Shown here: in pieces, positions 7,808-17,620 of the stretch
Position numbering within the stretch: the stretch's first letter is position 1
Layout: each line of letters starts with the position of its first letter
The notes under the pieces: generated by a model
Seen by the model: only the letters and a program-made list of their open reading frames with translations
Told to the model about the DNA's origin: nothing
Database searches by the model: none
Made by a program: the position numbers and the translations under genes
From: Betaproteobacteria bacterium RIFCSPLOWO2_02_64_14
Lineage (GTDB): Bacteria > Pseudomonadota > Gammaproteobacteria > Burkholderiales > SG8-41
DNA: 59,388 nt
NCBI GenBank assembly: GCA_001770325.1
Contig: MEQT01000085.1
Coordinates: 3,801-63,188, forward strand
Reading direction: 5' to 3'

Positions 7808-10800
7808 TCTCGCGCTTTTTCATCGACCGGCCGATTTTCGCGGCCGTGCTGTCGGTCTTCATCGTGATCGCGGGACTTGCCTCGATGCGCGTGCTGCCGA
7901 TCGCCCAGTACCCCGAGATCGCGCCGCCGGTGGTCACCGTGCGCGCGGTGTATCCCGGCGCCTCCGCCCAGGTGCTCGAACAGACGGTGGCGGCGCCGCT
8001 CGAGAACCAGATCAACGGTGTCGAGAACATGCTCTACATGAGCTCCACTTCGGCGGCGAACGGGGTTGTGGAGATCCAGGTGACCTTCGAGATCGGCGCC
8101 GACATCGACACCGCCGCGTTGAACGTCAACAACCGCGTGAAGCAGGCCGAGCCGCGCCTGCCGCAGGAGGTGCGCCGGCAGGGCGTGACGGTGGAGAAGG
8201 GTTCGTCCTCGTTCCTGCAGGTGCTGGCGTTCTACTCGCCGGACGGCAGCCGCGACGATCTCTTCATCTCGAACTACGTCACGTTGAACGTGCTCGACGC
8301 GTTGAAACGCATCCCCGGCACGACCAACGTGCAGATCTTCGGCGCCAAGGATTACGCGATGCGCGTCTGGGTGCGGCCCGACCGCCTTGCGCAGCTGAAG
8401 CTCACGCCCGGCGACCTGGTGCGCGCATTGAACGAACAGAACGCGCAGTTCGCGGCCGGCAAGATAGGACAATCGCCGACCGGCGGCGCGCAGGAGCTGG
8501 TGTACACGATCACCACGCAGGGGCGCCTCGCCGAGCCCGCGGAGTTCGAGAACATCGTGTTGCGCGCCAATCCCGACGGTTCGGTGCTGAAACTCAAGGA
8601 CGTGGCGCGCGTCGAACTGGGTTCGAAGGACTACGAATTCATCGGCCGCGTGAACGGCAAACAGGCGACGCTGGTCGGCATCTTTCTGCAGCCGGGCGCC
8701 AACGCGATCGCGACCGCGGGGCGCGTCAAGCAGGCGATGGACGGACTTGCGCAGCGCTTTCCGCCGGGCCTCGAGCACTCGGTGGTCTACGACACCACGC
8801 GCTTCGTGGAGGTCTCGATACGCGAGGTGGTGATCACCCTCGCCGAGGCCATGGCGCTGGTGTTCCTCGTGGTGTTCGTGTTCCTGCAGAACTGGCGCGC
8901 GACCCTGATTCCGTTCGCTGCGGTGCCGGTGTCGCTGATCGGCACTTTCGCCGGGCTGTTCCTGCTCGGCTACTCGATCAACACGCTGACGCTATTCGGC
9001 ATGGTGCTCGCCATCGGCATCGTGGTCGACGACGCCATCGTCGTCCTGGAAAATGTCGAGCGCATCATGTACGAGGAGCATCTCGATGCGCGCGAGTCGG
9101 CGATCAAGGCGATGCGCGAAGTCACCAGCCCGATCATTGCCATCGTGTTGACGCTCACCGCGGTGTTCGTGCCGATCGCCTTCCTCGGGGGGCTCACGGG
9201 CGAGCTCTACCGCCAGTTCGCGGTGACGATCTCGATCGCGGTGGTGATCTCCGGCCTGGTGGCGCTCACGCTCACGCCCAGCCTGTGCGTGCTGATCCTC
9301 AAACGCGAGCACCGGCAGCCCGGACGTTTTTTCCGCCGGTTCAACGACTGGTTCCATCGTGTGACGGGGCGCTACGTGGATGGCGTGACGTGGATGCTGC
9401 GCCGCGGGGCCGTGGCGCTCGTTCTGTTCATCGGCATGGTGGCGATCGCCACCGGACTGTGGCGCGCCACGCCGGGATCGCTCGTGCCCGACGAAGACCA
9501 GGGATACTACATCGCCGCGGTGTTCCTGCCCGACGGCTCGACGCTGGAACGCACCGACAGGGTGGTGAGCGAGGTGCTCGATATCATCAAGTCCAACCCC
9601 GCCAACGAGAACGCGGTGGCCTTTACCGGCTTCGACTTCCTCGGCGGGAGCTTTCGCAACAGCGCCGCGACGATCTTCGTCACGCAGAAGCATTGGGACG
9701 AGCGGCAGATCGCGACGCCGCAGCTCGTGGGCGAGTTCTTCATGAAGACGGCGCACATCAAGGAGGCTCTGGTGCTCGCCTTCGGGCCGCCTCCGATCTT
9801 TGGCCTTGGCAATGCCGGCGGTTTCGAGTTCTACCTGCAGAATCGTGGCGAGGGTGGTGCCGGACGGCTCTTCGAAGTGACGCAACAGTTGCTCGGCGCG
9901 GTGGCCAAGGATCCGATGTTCGGGCAGGTCAACACGCTATGGCGCGCCAATGTGCCGCAGCTCTACGTGGAGACCGACCGCGAGAAGGCGAAGACGCTGG
10001 GCGTGCCGGTGGACGAACTCTACAACACGCTCGCGGCGACGCTCGGCACATTCTACGTCAACGACTTCAACAAATACGGCCGCACCTGGCAGGTGCTGAT
10101 GTCGGCCGAACCCGCTTACCGCAAGCGACCCGACGATGTCGGCGCGGTGTACGTGCGCTCGGATCAGGGACGCATGGTGCCGCTGTCCTCGCTCGCGAAG
10201 GTGAACTACTCATCCGGTCCGGATTCGCTCGAACGCTTCAACAATCTCCCGGCGGTGAAGATCTTCGGCTCGACACAGCCCGGCTACAGCTCGGGCCAGG
10301 CGATCGAGCGCATGGAGAAGATCGCGCGCGAGACGCTGCCGCCGGAATTCAGCTTCGACTGGGGCGGCGCCTCGTTCCAGGAGAAGCGCTCCGGCGGCAC
10401 GTCGCTGCTCGCGCTGGGTCTCGCGGCGCTCATGGTGTTCCTCATCCTCGCCGCGCAGTACGACCGCTGGTCGCTGCCGCTCGCCGTGCTGCTCGCGTTG
10501 CCGTTCGGGACGTTCGGCGCGCTGGCTGCGATCGGCATCAATAATCTGCTGCCGATGCCGTACCACCTGGCGCAGGGCGTGCCATGGCTGCAGGGGCTGC
10601 TCTCACCGCTTGCCGGCATCGCCCGGCTCTCCAACGACGTCTATTTCCAGATCGGGCTGGTGACGCTGCTCGGCCTGGCGGCGAAGAACGCGATCCTGAT
10701 CGTCGAGTACGCGGTGTTGAAGAAACACGAGGGCTTCACCACCTCGGCCGCCGCGATCGAGGCCGCCCGGCTGCGTTTCCGGCCAATCCTCATGACCTCG

Positions 10801-11088
10801 CTCGCGTTCATCCTCGGGGTCATGCCGCTTGCGCTTTCGACTGGTGCCGGAGCCGGGGCACGCCACTCGGCCGGGACCGGCGTGATGGGCGGCATGCTGG
10901 CGGCGACGTTCCTCGCGATCTTTTTCATCCCGTGGTTCTTCAAGATGATCGTGGACCGCAAGCTCTCGGATGCGCGGTCGACGGTCGAGATCGAGGACGA
11001 GGTCCGGCATCACCGTGAAACGGCGCAGCGTGCAGCCCGCACGCCGCACCACCACCCCCTGGCGACGGGAGGCGGCGATGCGGGCTAG
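7804..11088 (+). CDS. RND multidrug efflux permease (AcrB/MexB, HAE1 family) with extra loop insertion and C-terminal tail
   Basis: MISRFFIDRPIFAAVLSVFIVIAG..., ...NDVYFQIGLVTLLGLAAKNAILIVEYA..., RLRFRPILMTSLAFILGVMPLALSTGAGAG. 1094 aa. Confidence 0.95.
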   Translation: MISRFFIDRPIFAAVLSVFIVIAGLASMRVLPIAQYPEIAPPVVTVRAVYPGASAQVLEQTVAAPLENQINGVENMLYMSSTSAANGVVEIQVTFEIGADIDTAALNVNNRVKQAEPRLPQEVRRQGVTVEKGSSSFLQVLAFYSPDGSRDDLFISNYVTLNVLDALKRIPGTTNVQIFGAKDYAMRVWVRPDRLAQLKLTPGDLVRALNEQNAQFAAGKIGQSPTGGAQELVYTITTQGRLAEPAEFENIVLRANPDGSVLKLKDVARVELGSKDYEFIGRVNGKQATLVGIFLQPGANAIATAGRVKQAMDGLAQRFPPGLEHSVVYDTTRFVEVSIREVVITLAEAMALVFLVVFVFLQNWRATLIPFAAVPVSLIGTFAGLFLLGYSINTLTLFGMVLAIGIVVDDAIVVLENVERIMYEEHLDARESAIKAMREVTSPIIAIVLTLTAVFVPIAFLGGLTGELYRQFAVTISIAVVISGLVALTLTPSLCVLILKREHRQPGRFFRRFNDWFHRVTGRYVDGVTWMLRRGAVALVLFIGMVAIATGLWRATPGSLVPDEDQGYYIAAVFLPDGSTLERTDRVVSEVLDIIKSNPANENAVAFTGFDFLGGSFRNSAATIFVTQKHWDERQIATPQLVGEFFMKTAHIKEALVLAFGPPPIFGLGNAGGFEFYLQNRGEGGAGRLFEVTQQLLGAVAKDPMFGQVNTLWRANVPQLYVETDREKAKTLGVPVDELYNTLAATLGTFYVNDFNKYGRTWQVLMSAEPAYRKRPDDVGAVYVRSDQGRMVPLSSLAKVNYSSGPDSLERFNNLPAVKIFGSTQPGYSSGQAIERMEKIARETLPPEFSFDWGGASFQEKRSGGTSLLALGLAALMVFLILAAQYDRWSLPLAVLLALPFGTFGALAAIGINNLLPMPYHLAQGVPWLQGLLSPLAGIARLSNDVYFQIGLVTLLGLAAKNAILIVEYAVLKKHEGFTTSAAAIEAARLRFRPILMTSLAFILGVMPLALSTGAGAGARHSAGTGVMGGMLAATFLAIFFIPWFFKMIVDRKLSDARSTVEIEDEVRHHRETAQRAARTPHHHPLATGGGDAG

Positions 11089-12511
11089 ACTTGTTGCTTT
11101 CGCCGCCACTGCGGCGCTAATCGCCGGTTGCGCGGTCGGTCCCGCGTACGAGCGCCCTACATCGGAACTTCCGGCGGCCTGGAAAGACGTTCCCTTCCAG
11201 GGTATGAGCGCAACCGGCGATAGGTGGTGGACGCTGTACGGCGATCCGTCGCTCGACAAGCTCGTCGACGAGGCGCTCGCGCACAACCAGAACCTCGTGC
11301 TGGCGGCGGCACGCCTTGCCGAAGCGCGCGCGTTGGCACGCGTGGCCGATGCCGCGCTCGTGCCGTTAGTGGACGCCACCGCGCAACGCGACCGCCTGCG
11401 CTCGTCCGAGCGCTCGTCGTTTCCGCCGCCGCCCGGCATCCCCATCGAGCGCAACACCTACCGCGCACAGATCAACATCGCTTACGAAATTGACCTGTGG
11501 GGGCGTCTGGGCAGCGCCAGCAGGGCCGCCTACGCCGATCTCCTTGCAAGCGAGGCTGCGCAGGAGACGGTGCGCATTTCGCTCGTGACCGACACGGTGC
11601 GTTCTTATTTCGGGCTGCTCGCGCTCGACGCGCAGATCGAGGCGACCCGTCGCTCGCTGGCCCTGCGCGAGGACAATCTCCGGCTGCAGTCAATCCGGCA
11701 GCAGGCGGGGCTCATCGGCGACTTCGACCTGCGGCAGCTGGAAGCGGAAGTGGCGGCGGCGCGCGCGCAACTGCCGGCGCTCGAGCGCAGCCGCACTGCC
11801 GAGGAAGCGGCGCTCGCGGTGCTGCTCGGCCGCAGTCCGCGCGGCATCACCGAGGATGCCATCGCGCGGCCGCCCGAACGCGGCGAGCCGCCGGCGCCGG
11901 TCGTGCCCGAGGGCTTGCCCGCGGACCTGTTGCTGCGGCGGCCGGACGTCGTCACGGCCGAGCAACGCCTGATTGCCGCCAATGCGCGCATCAGCGCGGC
12001 GCGTGCGGCGCTGTTCCCGCGCATCACGTTGACCGGCTATCTCGGCAGTGAAAGCGCGGCGCTCGCGGATCTCCTTTCGGGTCCTTCGCGCATCTGGCAG
12101 CTCGCGTTTGCGCTCGCGCAGCCGATCTTCCAGGGCGGAAGGCTCTTCGGCGAGATCGAGGCGATCGAGGCTCGCGAGCGCCAGGCGCTCGCGCAGTATC
12201 AGAACACGCTGCAGGAAGCTTTCCGCGAAGTGCGCCAGGCGCTCGCCGCGCAGACCCGCTCCCGGGAAATCTTCGAGGCTGAAAGCGCGCGTGCTGCGGC
12301 CCTGAGGGACGCGCTGCGCCTTGCCCGCATCCGCTATGAAAACGGGCTCGTCAGCCAGCTCGAGGTACTCGACGCCGAGCGCAACCTGCTCGGCGCGGAA
12401 CTGAACCGCCTGGAGGCGCTGCGCGCCCAGCGCGCGGCGGTCGCCGATCTCGTCAAGGCGCTGGGCGGCGGATGGACTGGCCTTGATCCTGTCGCAGCCG
12501 TGCGGAAATAG
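11078..12511 (+). CDS. RND efflux outer-membrane factor lipoprotein (NodT/OprM family)
   Basis: MRARLVAFAATAALIAGC lipobox, then the typical GPAYERP...W motif. ATG at 11078 is chosen over the tracked 10970 start, which lies inside the RND gene. 11-nt overlap with the RND stop. Confidence 0.9.
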   Translation: MRARLVAFAATAALIAGCAVGPAYERPTSELPAAWKDVPFQGMSATGDRWWTLYGDPSLDKLVDEALAHNQNLVLAAARLAEARALARVADAALVPLVDATAQRDRLRSSERSSFPPPPGIPIERNTYRAQINIAYEIDLWGRLGSASRAAYADLLASEAAQETVRISLVTDTVRSYFGLLALDAQIEATRRSLALREDNLRLQSIRQQAGLIGDFDLRQLEAEVAAARAQLPALERSRTAEEAALAVLLGRSPRGITEDAIARPPERGEPPAPVVPEGLPADLLLRRPDVVTAEQRLIAANARISAARAALFPRITLTGYLGSESAALADLLSGPSRIWQLAFALAQPIFQGGRLFGEIEAIEARERQALAQYQNTLQEAFREVRQALAAQTRSREIFEAESARAAALRDALRLARIRYENGLVSQLEVLDAERNLLGAELNRLEALRAQRAAVADLVKALGGGWTGLDPVAAVRK

Positions 12512-12609
12512 CACCACGTCTCGTTGGGCGGCCACCACTGCAGAGCCGAGCGGGGTCGTACGCTTACTTCCGTTATCGTCTCGCCCTTGCTTCGGGCGTG
12601 GTTTGCGTA

Positions 12610-12643
12610 AGGAATTTGTCGGAACGAAGGGCGGCAAATTCCT
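12610..12643. terminator. Hairpin between convergent genes (AGGAATTTG-N16-CAAATTCCT)
   Basis: Perfect 9-bp stem. No clear U-tract. The right arm overlaps the stop codon of the ComA-family gene. Confidence 0.35.
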
Positions 12644-13415
12644 AACGTGCGATGATCGAGTAATCCACCGCGCGCCCGATGCCGCGGCGGAATCCTTCCA
12701 GGCGCAGCACCTGTCCCGGCGTGATGTTGGCGAGATTGACTTCGGGGCCGAAGGTTTTCACCAGATCGGCGTGCTGCTGCGGGAAGCGGTAGGGATCGGC
12801 CTCGATCAGCAGGCGGTCGAACCACGGTTGCGCCTTGAGCGCGGAAATCGCGTCGGGCCGCGCCGCCACCAGCATGTCGAAGTCGCTCTGTTCGACAATC
12901 AGATGCTCGACACCATGGCGTCCGACGGCTTCGACGACCGCGCCCAGTTCGTCGATCGCGAGTGGTTCGGTCGGATTCTTGCGGCCGAACTCGTACTTGA
13001 TGTAGATGCCACGCTTGCGGAAGCGCTCGATCATGCGGGCGCGCTCGTCGGGTGTGAGCGAGACGTAGTTCTCGGAGATTTCCAGTCCGCCGATGTCGAG
13101 GTCGAGCAGCAGCCGTTCCAGGCCGTCGAGTTCGTTCTTCTGCCACGCGTACTCAAAGAGAATGCCGCCGGCGAACGGGGTCACGCCGTAATCGCGATAG
13201 GTGCGTGCTGCGGCCTTGACGATTTCCGGCGGCAGCAACAACGCATTGAGCGCATAGATCTTGGCGTAGTCGATGTATTCGGCGCACGCCTCCAGTACGT
13301 TGCGGATGCCCTCGGGCGCGCCGGTCCAGCCGAAAGTATCCGGACCGAAGTCGATCATCGAGGTGATGCCGCGCGTGCGCGGCTTGGCGGAGCGGGACGG
13401 GAGGGAGAGCGTCAT
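12642..13415 (-). CDS. Phosphosulfolactate synthase (ComA) family protein, divergent member
   Basis: GGILFEYA, LEISEN, VNLANI and LEGFRRGIG align with remembered M. jannaschii ComA motifs (GGTLFEYA, VEISDG, VNLANI, LETLRRGLRG). Start overlaps the sulfatase stop (ATGA). Confidence 0.7.
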   Translation of the reverse strand: MTLSLPSRSAKPRTRGITSMIDFGPDTFGWTGAPEGIRNVLEACAEYIDYAKIYALNALLLPPEIVKAAARTYRDYGVTPFAGGILFEYAWQKNELDGLERLLLDLDIGGLEISENYVSLTPDERARMIERFRKRGIYIKYEFGRKNPTEPLAIDELGAVVEAVGRHGVEHLIVEQSDFDMLVAARPDAISALKAQPWFDRLLIEADPYRFPQQHADLVKTFGPEVNLANITPGQVLRLEGFRRGIGRAVDYSIIAR

Positions 13416-14785
13416 GATTGGGGCTTCGAGGCGGCGGGCACGTAATCGTCCGGCGCACCGGGCGGTATCGGCGGGTGAATTTTGAGACTCTGCTGGAATT
13501 CATGGATGAGTACGCGCAGGGGCCGGCGCACCCAGCTTGCCTGGGTTCCGACGTCGGTTTCCTCCTTGGGGTCCTGGACGAGGTTGAAGATCCATGGCGT
13601 CTCGAGGTGGTTCGGTCCCGTGTTGGGTTCGGGCTCCCACACGATGTGCATCTTCCAGTCACGCCACTTCGCTGCGCGCAGTTCGTCCTTGATGTAATAG
13701 ACGAAGCCTTCACGGTTCGATTTCGCCTGCCAGCCGCGGAAGAAATCGAGCTGGTCCACGCCATCGAGAGGCCGGTCCGCGGGAACACTGGCGCCAACGA
13801 TGCGCGCGAGCGTCGCATAAAGGTCGGCGACGTGCACGATCTCGTTCGACACGCCGCCCGCGGAAATCTCGCCCGGCCAGCGGATCAGGAACGGCGCACG
13901 CAATGCACCTTCCATCGCCGTGTGATAGGTGCCTCGCCACGGACCCGCGGTGCCGCGCCATGGGCGGCGAAACTCGGGTCCGTTGTCGCTTGCGAAGATT
14001 ACGAGCGTGTCGGTCGTAATCCTTAATGTGTCAAGCGCATCCAGAATCTGTCCAACGTGGTGGTCCATTTCCACCATTGAGTCAGCGAAATCCCCGGCGC
14101 CGGTGCGCCCCGCGAATTCATGGTGCGGGATGGTGGGATAGTGTAATTGCGTGAGCGGCAGGTAGGCGAAAAAGGATTTCTGCGCCTTCACCTGCCGGCG
14201 CATGAAATCGATCGTGCGTGTCACCAGCTCCGAGTCGATCTTCCTGCGCATCTCCAGGTCATAGACGACGGCGTTCTTCACAGGCTCGCCGTGGCGCCCC
14301 TCCATCACGTACGGCATGGGCACCACCGTGGGGTCGAAGCTGGGAGATGCGGTGAACATGCTCTCGTTGGTGGTGCGCGGGATGCCGAACCATTCGTCGA
14401 AGCCGCGCTCGGTGGGATAGCGCCCGGGACGGTCGCCGAGATGCCACTTGCCGTAGATGGCGGTGGCGTAATGCTGGCCGGAGATGAGTTGCGCGAGCGT
14501 GATCTCCCACGGGACGATGCCCTGCGGCAAGCCCGCGGGCACCGATTGCAGCGCGCCGGTACGGATCGGGTGCCGCCCGGTCATGAGCGCGGAGCGCGTC
14601 GGCACGCAGTCGCTCTCGACGTTGAAGTTGGTGAGCCGCAGGCCTTCCGCCGCAAGCGCGTCGATGCGCGGCGTGGGCGCGCCGCGAAGAATTCCACCGC
14701 CATAGCAACCCAGCTCACCCCAGCCGAGGTTATCGGCGAGGATCAGAACGATGTTGGGCGATGAAGACTTTCGGCGTTGCGCCAT
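13412..14785 (-). CDS. Arylsulfatase (Cys-type, formylglycine-dependent), no signal peptide
   Basis: PNIVLILADNLGWGELGCYGG ... CVPTRSALMTGR (C-x-P-x-R FGly motif). Confidence 0.9.
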   Translation of the reverse strand: MAQRRKSSSPNIVLILADNLGWGELGCYGGGILRGAPTPRIDALAAEGLRLTNFNVESDCVPTRSALMTGRHPIRTGALQSVPAGLPQGIVPWEITLAQLISGQHYATAIYGKWHLGDRPGRYPTERGFDEWFGIPRTTNESMFTASPSFDPTVVPMPYVMEGRHGEPVKNAVVYDLEMRRKIDSELVTRTIDFMRRQVKAQKSFFAYLPLTQLHYPTIPHHEFAGRTGAGDFADSMVEMDHHVGQILDALDTLRITTDTLVIFASDNGPEFRRPWRGTAGPWRGTYHTAMEGALRAPFLIRWPGEISAGGVSNEIVHVADLYATLARIVGASVPADRPLDGVDQLDFFRGWQAKSNREGFVYYIKDELRAAKWRDWKMHIVWEPEPNTGPNHLETPWIFNLVQDPKEETDVGTQASWVRRPLRVLIHEFQQSLKIHPPIPPGAPDDYVPAASKPQS

Positions 14786-14952
14786 GAGGATCGTGGTGAG
14801 CGACGGATCAAGCGCATCCTAGCACGGCGGCGGGTGGGCTTTCTGCGATAATGTCCGGTACGCCCTTGACAAGAAGTGATGCGCGCGAAGTGCCAGCGCA
14901 AAGCGCTTGGCATGTCGATTGCTTCGGTAGCCTGGGCTTCGGGGTGAGATCA

Positions 14953-15912
14953 ATGACGAGAAAATTCACGCTTGCGGTACTGATCTTCGGACTGTATTCC
15001 GCGGTGTTTGCGCAGAGCTGGCCGACGCGGCCGATTCGCGTGCTGGTCGGTTTCGCGCCAGGCGGGACGACGGACGTGTCCGCGCGGATCGTGAGCGACA
15101 TCGTATCGAAGGAACTCGGGCAGTCGGTAGTAATCGAGAACCGGCCCGGAGGCGCAGGAAGCATCGTCATCGAGACGCTCATCCGCGGCGCCGCGGATGG
15201 ACACACCATCGTCATCGGGTCCGATTCGTCCTTCTACCAGCCGGTGTTGAGACCGTCGCTGTCCTACCGGGCCGAACGTGACCTGCGCCCGGTCACGATC
15301 CTGACCAACCAGCCGATCGTGATCGCGGTTCATCCCGCGCCCGGGTGGAAATCCATCGCCGACCTCTTGAAGGCGGCCAGGGCGCGGCCCGGGGAAATCT
15401 CGTATGCGCTGTCATCCGCGACCGGCACCCAGGCCGTTGCCGCCGGCGTGTTCTTGCAGATGGCCAAAGTGAAGATGGTGGGCGTCCCGTACAAGGGCGG
15501 CGGTCAGGCGGTCGTGGACCTGGTGAGTGGGCAGGTACCGGTCGCCGTGCTCGGCTCCGCACCCCTCGTGCCACAGGCGAAGGCGGGCAGGATCAGGCTG
15601 ATCGCGGTGACGTCCCGGGCGCGCGCCAAGGCGCTTTCCGACGTGCCAACGCTTGCCGAATTGGGATTTCCCGACATGGACATGTCACAGTGGTTCGGCG
15701 CGGTTGCGCCCAAGGGCGTTCCGGACGGGGTCGTGGCCCGGCTTTCGGCCGCCTTCAACAAGGCGCTCTCGGATCCCAAGATCGTGCAGCGGTTGTTCAA
15801 TACCGGCCTGGATGTGGTGGGTGGATCGCCAGAGGAGATGGGGCGGCGCATGAGCGTTGAAACCCGCATCTGGGCGAAAGCCGCCAAGGAAGCCGGACTT
15901 GGTGAGAAGTAA
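14953..15912 (+). CDS. Bug-family (TctC-like) tripartite tricarboxylate transporter substrate-binding protein
   Basis: MTRKFTLAVLIFGLYSAVFAQSWPTRPIRVLVGFAPGGTTDV is the hallmark Bug N-terminus. ATG at 14953 is preferred to the tracked 14851. Confidence 0.9.
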   Translation: MTRKFTLAVLIFGLYSAVFAQSWPTRPIRVLVGFAPGGTTDVSARIVSDIVSKELGQSVVIENRPGGAGSIVIETLIRGAADGHTIVIGSDSSFYQPVLRPSLSYRAERDLRPVTILTNQPIVIAVHPAPGWKSIADLLKAARARPGEISYALSSATGTQAVAAGVFLQMAKVKMVGVPYKGGGQAVVDLVSGQVPVAVLGSAPLVPQAKAGRIRLIAVTSRARAKALSDVPTLAELGFPDMDMSQWFGAVAPKGVPDGVVARLSAAFNKALSDPKIVQRLFNTGLDVVGGSPEEMGRRMSVETRIWAKAAKEAGLGEK

Positions 15913-15992
15913 TCCGCGCCGATGCGCGCGGGCCTTCTGGAAAGCCGGCTGATGCGAGGAATCGCCGACTTTTCCGGATCGAGGGAGATCGT

Positions 15993-17537
15993 ATGAGCGC
16001 GAAGCGTCCCAATATCCTGCTCATCACGTCGGACCAGCAGCGCGCGGACTGCAATGGCTTCGAAAACCCGCGCATCCGCACCCCGCATACCGACGGCCTT
16101 GCACGCGCGGGCACGCGCTTTGCCGCGTGCATCACGCCCAACCTCGTATGCCAGCCCTCGCGCGCGTCGATCCTGACGGGGCTGCTGCCGCTGACCCACG
16201 GCGTATGGGACAACGGTGTCGATCTCGATCCACGGGTTGGTGAGCAGGGGTTCGCAGGCACGCTGGCGCGCGCAGGCTACCAGACGGCATTCATCGGCAA
16301 GGCGCACTTCTCGACCAAATCGACCTTCGCGCCGACCGGCACACCGGAATGCAACAAGAGCCAGGCGCAATACGGGCCGAACTGGTTCGGCCCGTATATG
16401 GGATTCGAGCATGTCGAATTGTGTGTCCTGGGTCATCTTCATCGCACGCGCAAGCTCGAACGCCCGCCGGTGGGTCATTATGAAAGATGGCTGGTGGCGC
16501 GCGGCAGCGACGAGGAAGGCATCAAGCGCTGGGCGCAGGACACCCGCGCCGGCACCGGCGCGGCACAGACCTGGTATTCCGCGCTCCCGGTTGCCTGGCA
16601 CAACACCACCTGGGCCGGCGACCGCGCCATCGACTGGCTCGTGCGGCAGAGAGACACGCGACAACCGTTCTGCGCCTGGGTGTCTTTTCCCGACCCGCAC
16701 CACCCGTTCGACTGCCCCGAACCGTGGAGCCGGATGTACGACCCGAAGGACATGGTCCTGCCGGCGCATCGCGTGCGCGACCTGGGGCGCCGTCCGTGGT
16801 GGCACAAGGCGTCGCTCGAGAACAAGCCGCAGCTCACCGATCCGGAGATGCTCAAGTTCCGCGCCGAAGGCTCGCGCGTGCCCGACCAGAGCGACGCGCA
16901 ACTGGCGGAGATGACCGCCAACTACTACGGCATGATCTCGCTCATCGATCACAACGTCGGCCGCATTCTCACGGCGCTCGACGATCTGGGGATCGCGGAG
17001 GATACGCTGGTGGTGTATACCACCGATCATGGCGAGATGCTGGGCAATCACGGGCTCTACCTGAAAGGCCCGACGCCCTACGAGGATCTTCTGCGCGTGA
17101 CGATGGTGGCGCGCGGACCCGGAGTTGCGAAGGGCGCAGCGATCGCCGAGCCGGTGTCGACGCTGGATCTCGCGGCGACGTTCTACGATGCGGCTGGAGA
17201 ATCGGCGCCGCGGGCGCTGCAGGGCCGCAGCCTTGTGCGGCTGCTCCGTGGCGATGCGGAAACACGCGACCTCGCCTGGAGCGAGTGGCACGTGCATCCC
17301 TCGCGCTGCGGGGTGCCGCTCAAGCTGAGAACCGTGCGCACCCGTACGCACAAGTGCACGTTCGAGCTGGAATCCGGCGCCGGTGAACTCTACGATCTCG
17401 CCAATGATCCGGGTGAAATGAACAATCTGTTCGACGATCCAGGCTATGCTGCCGTGCGCAAGGAACTCCACGCCATGATGCGCGCGCGGCCGGGAAAGGT
17501 GCGCGAGGACCTGCCGGAGCCGATCGGCATGGCCTGA
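15993..17537 (+). CDS. Sulfatase (Cys-type), no signal peptide
   Basis: PNILLITSDQQRAD ... CQPSRASILTG (C-x-P-S-R motif). Confidence 0.9.
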   Translation: MSAKRPNILLITSDQQRADCNGFENPRIRTPHTDGLARAGTRFAACITPNLVCQPSRASILTGLLPLTHGVWDNGVDLDPRVGEQGFAGTLARAGYQTAFIGKAHFSTKSTFAPTGTPECNKSQAQYGPNWFGPYMGFEHVELCVLGHLHRTRKLERPPVGHYERWLVARGSDEEGIKRWAQDTRAGTGAAQTWYSALPVAWHNTTWAGDRAIDWLVRQRDTRQPFCAWVSFPDPHHPFDCPEPWSRMYDPKDMVLPAHRVRDLGRRPWWHKASLENKPQLTDPEMLKFRAEGSRVPDQSDAQLAEMTANYYGMISLIDHNVGRILTALDDLGIAEDTLVVYTTDHGEMLGNHGLYLKGPTPYEDLLRVTMVARGPGVAKGAAIAEPVSTLDLAATFYDAAGESAPRALQGRSLVRLLRGDAETRDLAWSEWHVHPSRCGVPLKLRTVRTRTHKCTFELESGAGELYDLANDPGEMNNLFDDPGYAAVRKELHAMMRARPGKVREDLPEPIGMA

Positions 17538-17541
17538 AGGA

Positions 17542-17576
17542 CAATGCGGAATGATGAATGCTGAATTATGAATGCG
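17542..17576 (+). repeat. Heptamer array C (GAATGNN x5)
   Basis: CAATGCG GAATGAT GAATGCT GAATTAT GAATGCG, starting 4 nt after the sulfatase stop. Same unit family as array H at 59168. Confidence 0.9.
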
Positions 17577-17620
17577 GGGCGAGATGGTTTCCAGGATAGT
17601 GGCCCGATCACCCGGAGGAG

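Noticed and set aside
7743-10544. 933-aa + strand ORF in an alternative frame of the RND permease gene (also 7582..8778 and 8992..9885 on the minus strand)
   Set aside because: It has extreme Arg/Gly/Ala content and lies wholly inside an unambiguous AcrB-family gene. It is a GC-driven open frame.
10970-11077. Long N-terminal extensions of tracked ORFs (10970, 14851, 19796, 26423, 30463, 34571, 36388, 38987, 40003, 43490, 44395, 46772, 47792)
   Set aside because: The extensions overlap the preceding gene in another frame. Internal ATG or GTG codons coincide with family-typical N-termini, signal peptides or RBS motifs, so starts were trimmed.
15504-17471. 655-aa minus-strand ORF opposite the second sulfatase
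   Set aside because: It is antisense to a gene with a clear sulfatase motif and has no motifs of its own. It shows a GC-rich shadow-frame composition.
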